From: Lama guanicoe
Taxonomy: Eukaryota
Direction: 5' to 3'
NCBI GenBank assembly: GCA_013239625.1
Contig: MU055362.1
Span: forward strand, 1,875,430 to 1,939,429
Length of the DNA stretch: 64,000 nt
Part shown: positions 51,495 through 63,120 of the stretch, piece after piece
How positions within the stretch are numbered: position 1 is the stretch's first letter
How the letters are laid out: each line of letters starts with the position of its first letter
Notes under the pieces: generated by a model
What the model was told of the DNA's origin: nothing
The model's database searches: none
What the model saw: only the letters and a program-made list of their open reading frames with translations
Program-made: the position numbers and the translations under genes

Positions 51495-52240
51495 TGCACA
51501 CCTGAGTCTGAGCATGCAAATCTCGTTGACTGGTTCTTATTGTGGTGGATTTCTCCATTGGGCCAGAAAAAGAAAATTTCTAAAAATGCTGAGTCCTGGT
51601 ATTTTAAATGAATCCAAAGAACACATCAAACTTTGATGGGGGGAAAATAGGTCAGCTCCTATTTTCTTTTTTCAAGAAAAGGGTCTCAGCGGTAAGGCCT
51701 TGGAATATGCCACACACTGAAAAATACTGTTGTTAGAGGAATTAAAACTGAAGCCTAAGGGTTTCCTCCATCCTTGATTTTCTGTCTCCAGAAGTGACAG
51801 GAAATGTGTTTTATTTGTAGACTTCCACTGTGGATTGCTTAAGGAAAGTTGACTTGAAAAAAATCTCTCGAGATAAAGACAAATGTTTTGTGGCAGGCAG
51901 GTACACAAATGAAAAGAAAAAGTTCTCCTGAACTACAGATAATTTTTTCATGGTAATTACGAAGCAAGGCAGGGTTGGAAATATTGCTAATTAGTGAATA
52001 TTATGCCTTGTCTAATTAACCTTGAGAACCAAGATGAGTTAAGTGGTGATAAAGCAGAGCCATTCCAGGCTTTGTCATGGACTAGTCAATGACCAGGAAT
52101 TTTTTTTCTTTCCATATCCTATAAAATTATCATTCCTCTCTTGCTATGTGTACCATGGAGTGACCCTTCCATCAAAGAATCCTGCCATCATATGGGTTGC
52201 CACATTAATGTCTTATGCTCTTGTGTCTAATTCCAAACAA

Positions 52241-52695
52241 NNNNNNNNNNNNNNNNNNNNNNNNNNNNNNNNNNNNNNNNNNNNNNNNNNNNNNNNNNNN
52301 NNNNNNNNNNNNNNNNNNNNNNNNNNNNNNNNNNNNNNNNNNNNNNNNNNNNNNNNNNNNNNNNNNNNNNNNNNNNNNNNNNNNNNNNNNNNNNNNNNNN
52401 NNNNNNNGAAGCCGCACAAAAGGCCACACATTATATGATTTCATTTATATGAAATATCAGAATAGATAAATCCAAAGAGACAGAATGAAGATTGCTGGCT
52501 GCCAGGATCGGGGGAGAGGAGGGAATAGAGAGAAACTGTTTAATAGGTACAGGGTTTCCTTGTGGGGTGACGAAAATGTTTGGAACTAAACAGAGGTGGT
52601 GATTGCACAACACTGAGAATACAACATATGCCACTACATTTTCACTTTAAAAGGTTAATTTTATGTCTTGTGAATTTCACTTCAATTTAAAAAAG
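52241..52695 (+). mobile_element. L1MB 3' end (partly N-masked)
   Basis: gaagccgcacaaaaggccacacattatatgatt...ggtacagggtttcc...gaggtggtgattgcacaacactg...gaatttcacttcaat. Confidence 0.85.
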
Positions 52696-55600
52696 CATTA
52701 ACTTTATGCCTTTAAAAATATGCCATGTGGAAATTTTAATACAAAAGTAAGAGTTAGGACAGTGTGAAAAACTCTTCTAATAAAAACAAAATTACGAGAG
52801 CAGGCCTCCTGTCCTCCACCGCATTCAAAAGTGATGCATAAAATCTTTTGGATGGGTCGTAATCTGAGGAGATATGGAGTGAATCAAAGAACTATGGGTT
52901 TAGTTGAGCAGAAAATCTCCCAGCCACAATATTCTACCCACCACCCAAAAAAATTGCAAATGCCAACACCTCCAGGAAAGTATTTTCTTTTGCTATGTCA
53001 GTCTCTTCTTGAGCCACTTGGGGGTGGGAGATCCAAGCTGTCCCCCGAGCCCAGATGGTGCCTCAGGTTCGTGGAGACACTCGTCCCCACAGTACTCACG
53101 AGCTCATCTGAAGGCATAAACCTGCCTCTCTACTCAGGGTCCAACCTCTGCACGGAGAGAAACCTGAGCTTGAGCCAAATCAGGGAATCTGAGAACCTTG
53201 GAAAAGTTCACATCGTGCCGTTTCAAGCTTCCCAAGACTGGCTTCATAGCATGCCTGCTCTTTCCTACACTAAGGAAAGGTAAGATACAAGAGAGACGCC
53301 TCAATTATGAATCCCAGGCCACTGTTCCCATCTCTTCCCTCCCTATAAAGTAACACCTTGGAGATCAAAACTGCTTGACTTGTAAAATGATCTATTGGGA
53401 CTTTAAAATAACTCTGCTGACCATGATGAAAATAGCATCAAATTGGCTTCAGCACGTTCAAAGCTGAATCAGTGGAAGAATCAGTGGAGTACACATTTTA
53501 GTGGAATTCTTCCCACATGGAATGATCTGGGAGCAGTATCTGAACCCGCGGCCATTCCTACGCACACTCTTTTCAAGTCAAATGTTTGCACAGGACGGTG
53601 GCTAGAAAACAGACGTATCTGAGTGCACATACAAATCATCCATAAGCAATTTTGCAAAGTTGGGAGCAGGAACTGAATGCAAACCTGAAAGCTGCATTTG
53701 TGCAGCATCTTCCTTAAGAAACGCCTAGATATTGCAGAGGGAAAATCTAATTTATCAGTGTTGACAGGAAAACGTATGTGATTATTCTAAAAAAAATTCC
53801 TTTACCTCAGAGCCCATTTTCAGCAGATACAGGCACAGAATGCGCCATAATGCATGCACTCTGAGCTGTTCGGGGTTTCTGACCAGTTCTCCTACTGTTA
53901 TCTTCCTTGAGGAGTAGGAAGGAAATAAACCAAGAAAATAAACATGTGCACATCAAGTTGCTACCTAGAGAATCAGTAACCAAAATCCAAAAGATTGGAT
54001 ACCGTTGTATGTGTCTTCTTTTCCTCACTCTAGAATTTTCTATACCTCTTTGTGAGGGGAAGGGGGAGGGAATTCATCAAAATAATAAGATACTGACAGT
54101 CCACCTCTACTTGCCTCCAGCCATGAACACAGCGTTCCTCTCTTTAAGCATCTCCATTCATATCAAGGAACACGAGAAAGACAGAAGTTTGCACTGAGAT
54201 TCTTGACCAGAGATGGACCACTTGAGTTTATAAACTCTCTAGATTTTTTTCAAAATGTTGTGTTTAACCACCACATCTAAAGAGAGGGTCAAACGTTTCA
54301 CGGGCTCTTAGACAGATCTCTGATCCAAAAAAGTTCAAGACTTTTTATTTTAAGAGACTCCCATGAGAGACTGAATGAATGAGCAGAACCTAATTTTGAT
54401 TCAGCCCTAGAGTCACCGCCATCTTCACCATATTTAGAATTGCATTCCACTGGTTTTTTTAAACCAATGTTTGTTGTGTCTACTATATGCCAGAATGGAG
54501 GGTAGGGCAGAAAACCATTGTAAAATTTGAAACCAGAACCCAGAAAATTAGGCAAACATTGTACAAGAGAACTCACAATGGGAAACCAAATCAAGAACGT
54601 TTTATAAAGACAGTGCTTGCTCCAAGTCAGTGGTGACTGAAGTTACCTGGCCCCATTGGAGATTTGAGTTCAGATGGATTTTAGTTGGAATAAACCTCTT
54701 AAACCCTTCAGCCTTCCCTGAGTTCAATTTGTTGTTAAAGAGAAAACCACAAGGCCAAAATGGCGCCACTCGTGCTGAAGCCCATGATATCAAACTTACA
54801 CTTACTACCTGACTTAACTGCAGTTTCGACCTTCCCTAGAAATGTAACCTTAATCTCAACCAGACTGAAATTACCTGGACAGCAACAATGAAGTAATCTG
54901 CCAGTGGGCCCTCTCTGTCCTTCCCACCCCGCCCAGACAAAGAGGAGGCATCTGAGTGACAAAATCTTTGTCATTATCTTCTTCCCCAAAGTAGACGACA
55001 GTCCTGCTAAAAATAATGTTTTCATTTCTTTTCCGAACAGCTCCCTTCTCCCTATGAAAATGTTCCGCTTTGTACAACCCTCTCCAAGTGTCCTAACTGC
55101 TGGGTGGATGCTGCCCGATTCCTCCCTTAAAAAAGCCAATTAGATGTTCCAATTTACTCATTTGAATGTTGTTTAACCCTTCACAGGTAGATACAGCCTT
55201 GTGAGAAGGTTAGAACTTAAATTCCCATCACGTGTCTGCAGACACTCAGGCAACTGAGTTAAGTCATAACCACAGTGTGATTTCCCAAGACTAGTCCTGC
55301 ATACAGTTTTTTTGACAAGCTCCTGTTGATTTGTCTCACATGATTCCAAGCGGAACCAGTTCTGTTCTCCAGAATCTGCCCTGGCTCATTTCTGTTTTAT
55401 CCATACAAACCTAGAAAGCATGAGTCAGATACACAGGGGCACGGTTTATAACATCATGCTCCAGCATGGAGAATTCAGGTCCCAGTCCTTAACGTGAAGG
55501 TCCCACAGGGATCTCTCCTCACCCCCAACCCCAATATATTTCTCTCAGTCGCTGCTGAGAGATTGTCTAAGCTTAGAGATGTTCAAGTTTACACAGAAAC

Positions 55601-56857
55601 AGGATGGGAACCCCAGCAGAGCTGCAGCTGTAAAATCCACACTCCTAGCCCTATGCCATTCTGGGAAGGTGTCGTCCGACTTCACAGTTAAAAAAAGAGA
55701 AGGATGTATTTGTCCATAAAGTGACTTAGTCACTCACAGGCTGGTGTGACAGTGGCCCATTGCTCCTTAACTGTTAACCATAACAAGGAGTCAACTCCAA
55801 AGCAAAATTTCCAGATCAGCCCCAGGTGAGACAGTGAGCCTGGCCACCCGTGGCTTTTCTCCCCTTGCCCCGTCCAGTCCCTCCCACTGTGTTCTTCTCG
55901 CCCCCCACCCCCCGTTAACCACTCACCAGAAGCCCATTCTTTAAGCAGATCCTCTGGGCCCTGAAACCCGGCCCAGCCCCTGGGGCGTCCTGAGCAGGGT
56001 TCTTTGGGGAGTGTTGTCTGTCATTTCAGGGGAGCACAGATGTCTTCCACAACCAACCCTTCTCCCTCTCTCTCCCCAAGTAAAGGGCGTGCGTCTTCGC
56101 CATGACCGCAGAGACCAAGCCTTCGTAGCTGCTTCCCGATGGAGAGGAGTGTGGGTCTGTTCTTACCCCTCCTGCAGCCACCGCTGGGGCCACCAGGCCA
56201 GGTCTCGGGGCTCTGACTCCAGCGGAGCCAGGCGGTGAGTCCCCTCCGTACATCTCAGCCACCGATGCCCGTCTCGCTCCTGTCCGCCTTTCCTCTGCCA
56301 AATTCAACACTAGGTATCAGCTCCTTCTCTTTTCTCTGCCTCAAACTCTGAGGGAACACTTGTTAATGAATGGAGAACTGCCCAGAGAGCAGAAGCCACA
56401 GACTGGGGAGACAGTGGAACTGGAGGACTTCCAAAGGGGACAGGCTCCACCGGGCGCCTAGAGAGGTGACGCTTCCAGGGACAGTGTGGGGCAAGGCCAG
56501 CGCCTCAGCTGCCTGACCGCCCGCAGCTCTGACACTGTTGGCAGGCACGTGACCAAATTTTGCATCTTATCAGGTGGCAAAAATTAACTACAACCATGGA
56601 AGAATGTCTACCCCCAGCACCATGCTCTTCCAAGGCCCCCTTCGAAGGTAGCCGTGTTCCCTCCCCTGGGAGTTGTGTATTCCCTGAGAGGCGTGGGTGA
56701 TGGCCAAGATTAAAGTGAGGTGTTGAACCAAGTCCCTCCTAAAACTGAGTTTATGATTAGCTTCTTTATCTAAAACTTTATTCCCTTTCATGTCCCCTTT
56801 GACCTCAATCCTGTGCTAACTGAACACCAGAGTCAGATGATTAAAATTGCTGTCATA

Positions 56858-58197
56858 CGCTCTCTTCAGCAAATGGTGTTGGGAAAACTGGACAGCAGCA
56901 TGTAAAGCAATGAAGCTAGAACACTCCCTTACACCATACACAAAAATAAACTCAAAATGGATCAAAGACTTACACATAAGACAAGATACAATAAACCTCC
57001 TAGAAGAAAATATAGGCAAAACATTATCTGACATACATCTCAAAAATGTTCTCCTAGAACAGTCTACTCAAGCAATAGAAATAAAAGCAAGAATAAACAA
57101 ATGGGACCTAATGAAAATTACTTCTGCACAGCAAAGGAAACCATAAGTAAAACAAAAAGACAACTTACGGAATGGGAGAAAATTTTTGCAAATGAAACCG
57201 ACAAAGGCTTGATCTCCAGAATATATAAGCAGCTCATAAAACTCAATAAGAAAAAAACAACCAACCCAATCCAAAAATGGGCAGAAGNNNNNNNNNNNNN
57301 NNNNNNNNNNNNNNNNNNNNNNNNNNNNNNNNNNNNNNNNNNNNNNNNNNNNNNNNNNNNNNNNNNNNNNNNNNNNNNNNNNNNNNNNNNNNNNNNNNNN
57401 NNNNNNNNNNNNNNNNNNNNNNNNNNNNNNNNNNNNNNNNATGACAAATGCTGGAGAAACTGTGGAGAAAAGGGAACCCTCCTACACTACTGGTGGGAAT
57501 GCAGTTTGGTGCAGCCACTGTTGAAAACAGTATGGAGATTCCTCAAAAGACTAGGAATAGACTTACCATATGACCCAGGAATCCCGCTCCTGGGCATATA
57601 TCCAGAAGGAACCCTACTTCAAAATGACACCTGCACCNNNNNNNNNNNNNNNNNNNNNNNNNNNNNNNNNNNNNNNNNNNNNNNNNNNNNNNNNNNNNNN
57701 NNNNNNNNNNNNNNNNNNNNNNNNNNNNNNNNNNNNNNNNNNNNNNNNNNNNNNNNNNNNNNNNNNNNNNNNNNNNNNNNNNNNNNNNNNNNNNNNNNNN
57801 NNNNNNNNNNNNNCATTCTAAGTGAAGTAAGCCAGAAAGACAAAGAAAAATACCATATGAGATCGCTCTTAAGTGGAATCTAAAAACAAACAAACAAATA
57901 AACAAAGCATAAATACAAAACAGAAATAGACTTATAGACATAGAATACAAACTTGTAGTTGCCAAGGGGGTAGTGGGTGGGAAGGGATAGACTGGGATTT
58001 CAAAATTGTAGAACAGAAAAACAAGATTATACTGTACAGCACAGGGAAATATACACAAGATCTTATGGTAGCTCACAGAGAAAAAAATGTGACAATGAAT
58101 ATATATATATATATGTTCACGTATAACTGAAAAATCGTGCTCTACACTGGAATTTGACACAGTATTGTAAAATGATTATAAATCAATAAAAAATTTT
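56858..58197 (+). mobile_element. 5'-truncated young camelid L1 with 15-bp TSD
   Basis: TSD AAAATTGCTGTCATA (56843-56857) / AAAAATGCTGTCATA (58198-58212) at a TT|AAAA endonuclease site; ORF2 C-terminus plus 3' UTR and tail. Confidence 0.95.
56859..57883 (+). pseudogene. L1 ORF2 C-terminal fragment (frameshifted near 57120)
   Basis: LFSKWCWENW..LTPYTKINSKWIKDL..LEENIG..INKWDL; [18 protein letters not shown] (CCHC knuckle); [14 protein letters not shown]; ILSEVSQ. Confidence 0.95.
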
Positions 58198-59311
58198 AAA
58201 AATGCTGTCATAAATATCATCATCAATTACAAACTTGGGTTATTTCTCCAGGGTAAGATGAACTAACAGACCCCCACGCCATGGACCACCAGGCCAGAGA
58301 CTCCCGAAACCGCGATTAAGGAAAGTCACAGAAATGTCACAAGACGTGATTAATCCCAGTCTCTTTGTTCTTTCCCTTTAAAAACAAAAACCCTAAGCCA
58401 AAGACCAAGCTGGAGTGGACCTGAGGCTCGTCTCCTATCCCTTACTTGGTGCCCTGCAATAAACTTTTACTTTGTTGCAAACTTGCTTTGTCGCTGTCAG
58501 AGTTTGGCTTTCTATGCCAGCGGCACACAAGCCCTTGCTTGGTTACAGGGTCGGACTCACACTGTGCGCCTTTGCGGGATCCCTTCAAGCTCCGGAGGCT
58601 GCCTGGATTCAAACCCCGCTCTGGCGCCGTCTGCTGGCCGCTCTGGGCATCATCTCTGCAGCCTCCTGGCAAGGTTGCTGGGGTTGGATGAGTCCAGTGC
58701 TTAAGAGCAGCACTTGTCACAGCAAGCACTGGAGAAACCGTTTGCTTCTTCTATCGTTTCTTCTAACAAACCTTGTGTCGGCTGTGTCCCTCCAGTCACA
58801 GGACAGCACTACATTTTACTTAAAGGCACAGCGCTAAAAATGAGGTATTCTCATGCAAACAATTCACTGATTCCAAAGAGCAAGTAGGGTTTACTCACAA
58901 TACACGAGGTCGGGATGGAATAGCACTATTTATCTCATCACTGAGATTCTTAGCCTCAGTTGTGGTTTTCAGACAAAACCCAAAATTCTGTAAGCTTTGG
59001 TAACATGAGGAACATTTCCTTGGACCTCCTCAAGGAAAGCTGTGTTCATACTTTTAAAAAAAACTATATAAATTTCAACCTTTTCTATCATAAATGGAGC
59101 AAGAGCAGCAGAATTGAGAACAAGAAAAAAATTAAAATATTTTTAAAAAAGAATTGAGAACAGGGGAAAGTAACAATACTGCTTTAACCCCTCACTATGG
59201 GCTGAATTCTGTCCCCTCAAGATTCATTTGTTCAAGTCCTAACTCCCAACACTTCAGAATGTGACCTTCCTTAGAAATAGTCATCACAGATGTATTTAGT
59301 GAAGATGAAGT

Positions 59312-59940
59312 CAGGGGCCAAGCAAGGAGAAAGAGCAGCTTGTGCTCAAAGACACGAACTCCCTGATGGCTTTCAGAGCAAGTTGTTTAAAGGCAGCATT
59401 TGGAGTAAGGGCTGCGGGGTGGATAACCTTCTTCTGATCGGTTAGTGATGAGGTAACAGGGTGATGTTTCCAAAATCTTAATCACCAACCAGTCTGAGGT
59501 CTACTGCTTGTGGTCAGCATGCAGTCACCATCCTCCACCTGGCAGGGGGGAGGGGGCCTTAGTTTCTGCAGAACAACTCAAAGATGTGTCAGATTGGGGT
59601 GTACATGCGTTGAAGAGAAACTAGGACTGTTTTATCACTGAGCTATTGTTTCTTCACTGCTTTTCCTTTGTTCTGCGTTCCCTCACTTCCCTAACTAATT
59701 AACTATTTGAGTCTGCTCTTTGTAACTCAGGGAAGGCCTCGGGGACTAAAGCGTTTTTCTTTCTTTTTTTTTTTTTCCCAAAGATAAAAGAATTTTCTTA
59801 GGGCTTATGTCCTCCAACAATGAAGGGTGTGCCCATTTTTAGGCAAATCAAATCTTAAAAGCCTTTTTCTACAAACATGAATGGGGAACTTGGAGGGACC
59901 TTTGTACCTGGTAGGGCCTGCAGGATCCTGCTCAGTTTCA
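59312..59940 (-). mobile_element. ERV1 LTR (family of 30611-31231), truncated
   Basis: colinear with 30700-31231 including the terminal cctgctcagtttca. Confidence 0.85.
59761..59857 (-). other. 97-bp retroposed non-repeat insert with poly(A) tail and 13-bp TSD
   Basis: TSD AAAGCGTTTTTCT (59748-59760) / AAAGCCTTTTTCT (59858-59870); poly(T) at left end; absent from the sister LTR at ~31145-31160. Confidence 0.75.
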
Positions 59941-62079
59941 TAGCCTCCAGATTTTCTTTTTTAACTCAAACATGACTGACTACCATAATTGCTCTACAGC
60001 ATGGCATAAATTACAGACCAAATATTGAGAAAATTTTTGGTGAAGCCACCCAGTTTGTGCTACTTAGTCACGGCCGTCCTTGAAATCTAACACACCCTTT
60101 CTAATACATCTTTCTAATACAGCAAGAAAGTGTAGAAGTTTATATGGGGGACAACTTATGACACTCAGTGGCCCATGGATGTACAAGGATTTGTTCCTCC
60201 AAGATTCAGGGGGACCTGCCATGGGAAAGTACTGTGCCGGGTCCTGGGGTTACAATGGTCCCACCACACAGGCACTCAAGCCTCAGCGCTGAATCCCCCA
60301 CCACCAGCGCAAGTGCCAGGAAAGGGTGGGGGGAGCCGTGAAGAGCTTGGACATGTCTCAAGAGGGATCTGCATGTAACCCCAGCAGAAGCTGCACACAG
60401 CTGAGGAGAGCCAGCGGTGGCCAGGGTTACAGATGCAACACCATCAGGAGTCTGGCAGTGACGGAAGAGGCTCCTGCCAGCTTCATATGCCCATGACAAT
60501 GTTGCTGATGCAAAAATATGGAGGAAAAGCAGTATCTCTTAGCAACTGGTGTGACATGCTCCCTCATTGAAAAGATATTTTGCTGAGAATTTGGCAAGAG
60601 CAACTATGGTGAAATCCTAAAGGTGATGCTCCAGTAAAATGACAGGGTAGCTAAACTGAAAGCAAGTGAGGGCAGGGTCTATTAACCACCTGGTTGAGCC
60701 AGTTAAGCTGAGCTCTGCCCAGAGAAAGTGAGACCTCTAGTGGTAGGGCAAGAGAGGGGAGACTTTGAGAACAGAATAGAAATGTCTAATTAGGATTTTT
60801 AAGTTGTTTATGGAGTGAGGAAGTGCTTAGAGTTCTCTGCCAGTCTCCCCTTGGCATTTTCCAGTGGCTGTCCCACTGCTCATTGGTGCTTTAAGGAGGG
60901 CCTTAGAGGGGGCAACTCAGCAAAAAGGAAAAAATGAACAGTCAACAGCTGGGTTAGCCCAAAAATTATTTTATATTTTTCTTATCATCACTCCAATTGC
61001 CATGCCCATGCATAAGGAAGAACACAGTCTGACTCCACGTGAAATCTATTCCCTGGAATAACACATTCCCCAAATGGCAAGATTTTTGCTGTATTCTTGG
61101 GCAAGGAAGCTTATCTTAAGCCTCACAAACACCATTTAAGGTGTGTAGCATCCTGCCCACTTTAAAGATGAGAAAAGAAGGCTCAGGAGAGCCCAACAGT
61201 TGCCCAAGAGAGGAGCGATGTGCCATGTGACCTGCGTTCTCAGCCAGCCCAACCAGCCAGGTCCCCTTCACTCCAGAGGGGACCTGCCCAGCCCCTTCCT
61301 GGCCCACAGTCAGTCCACCAAACTGGGAATCACAGCCGGTGTTGTCTGAAATAAACATCCCACCAAATTTCTTGGGGAAGGGGGGATAGTTGGAGTGACT
61401 AAGATTTTTCTAGAATGAAAGCACCTTGTGTTCAGGACTTTGCAGTCATGTCCTCTCTGTTGGGTCACATCCCCAGCAGCACTGCTGACCCTCTCCCTGA
61501 TCACTTGCAGGCTCATACGCGGAGAGATCACCTACAAAAGTTGCCTTTGTCCCACTCGCCCGAATCTCAATTTACCAGGTGATGATTTTATAGCCCAGAG
61601 GAGCCCAAATTTTTCCTTAAGGGGCAGAAATCTACTGAATGCCTGGTGTTTTTTTGTTTTTTTTTTGATTCACGGTTTTCATTCCATCCAACTCAGTTAC
61701 GATTCTATATGTATTAAGAGTTGCCCTCAGTCTTCAGGCTGCTGAATTATATTTCTTAACAAAGCTCATGAATTATGGTTTATATACAATGGAGTTCTAT
61801 GTAGCTACTAAGAGCGAAGTAGAGCTATACATATTGGAGAGAAAATATGTCTAGAGTAAGTATGTCAAGTGAAATTAAGCAAGGAGAACAGTACATACAA
61901 CATCTGACTATTTTTATTTACCAGATTCTCACACAACCACACAAAGCTGAAACTTGGAAAGGAGCCCCAAAGGACAGGGGAGTCCTGTGGTCAGCTTTCC
62001 ACTGAGCATCAAGGGACCATCCTGAGAAACTGCTACTTAGCCAACAGGCCAGCCAAACTGGCATTGTCAGTCTTTTGTT

Positions 62080-63120
62080 CGCTAAGTTTTCATCATGAAC
62101 GGGTATCGAATTCCATCGAACGCTTTTTTTGGCACATGTTGAGATAATCCTTAAACGATTCTCCTTTAATCTGTTAATATGATGGTTTATATTGATTGAT
62201 TTTTAAATGCTAAGTCAAATCCAATTTGTTTGTGATTTACACATTTAATTGATGCCAAATTATGATAATATTTTCTTTAGGATTTTTGTACCTGTGTTAA
62301 TGAGTGACTTTTCTTTCCCGTTCAGTTCTTACCCAGAATGATCCAACTCCAAAAAATGAGCTGAGGATTATTCCCTCTTTTTCTGTACCTGGAATAATTT
62401 GTATAAAACTAGATTTACTTATTTCTTGAATGTCTGATAGAGCTTGCTAGTAAAAAAAAAAGCTGGAATATCCTTTGTGGGAAGACTTTTAACAAATGGT
62501 TCAATTTCCTTAGGTTATAAGACTATTCAGTACGCATTTCTTCTTGAGTCAGTTTTGGATGGCTGTAGTTTTCTCCAAATTTGTCCATTTCATCTAAACT
62601 TTATTTATTATAGGCCTAACATGATTTATAGTATTTTATTTAAATGGCTGCATTTATCATCTTTCTCATTTCTGGTATATTATTTGCGCTCCTCTCGTTT
62701 TTCTCTAGATCATTCTTACCAAAAACTTTAAAGTGTTTTAGTCTTCTCAAAGAACCAAGTTGGCTTTGTTGAACCTCTCTGTTACAACTGTCTCCCTATT
62801 TTTATTGCTATTCTAACGTTTCCATTTTGTCCACCTCTGTTCTTACGCTGTTGCTTCCATCACTGTGACTCTTCCTGTGAGTTTACTCTGCTTTTCTTCC
62901 ACTAACTTAAGTTTAATGGTTAGTTCATTCATTCTGAGCTCTTTTCTGTACATTAAATATTAATACATTAAATATATATCACATATTATAGAACTATACC
63001 ATATAAATAAACTATAATAGGTTTTAATAATGTATTAATAATAAAATGTATTAAATATAGTATATTAAATATTAACACTACCAATTTCCTTCTAAGAAAC
63101 ACCCCGTAAGTTTTAATATT
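62080..63120 (-). mobile_element. Ancient L1 ORF2 remnant
   Basis: reverse strand reads approximately IIST.AK.AFDGIRYPFMMK (~62090-62150; cf. IISIDAEKAFDKIQHPFM); ttctcaaagaaccaa = reversed WFFE. Confidence 0.75.

Larger units (their letters stand above)
56721..58547 (+). mobile_element. ERV solo LTR split by a young L1 (56721-56857 + 58213-58547)
   Basis: terminal inverted ends tgttgaaccaag / cttggttaca; AATAAA ~58458; U5 ttggctttctatg...gcccttgcttggttaca related to the 5038 and 40424 LTRs. Confidence 0.75.
59193..60092 (+). mobile_element. MLT1A/B LTR split by an ERV LTR (59193-59311, 59941-60092)
   Basis: ctatgggctgaattctgtcccc...cagaatgtgacctt; tagcctccaga...aagccacccagtttgtg...ctaacaca. 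Confidence 0.75.

Noticed and set aside
8379-58160. Long ORFs containing poly-X (8.4-8.9, 11.3-11.6, 21.1-21.6, 52.0-52.5 and 57.1-58.2 kb)
   Set aside because: Artefacts of N-runs within L1; only the + strand frames at 56.9-57.9 kb are real, as a dead L1 ORF2.
58548-58640. TGGCGCC near an LTR end as a tRNA-Lys primer-binding site of a provirus
   Set aside because: It is ~75 bp from the LTR end, diverges after 7 nt, and no gag/pol sequence follows; the LTR is solo.
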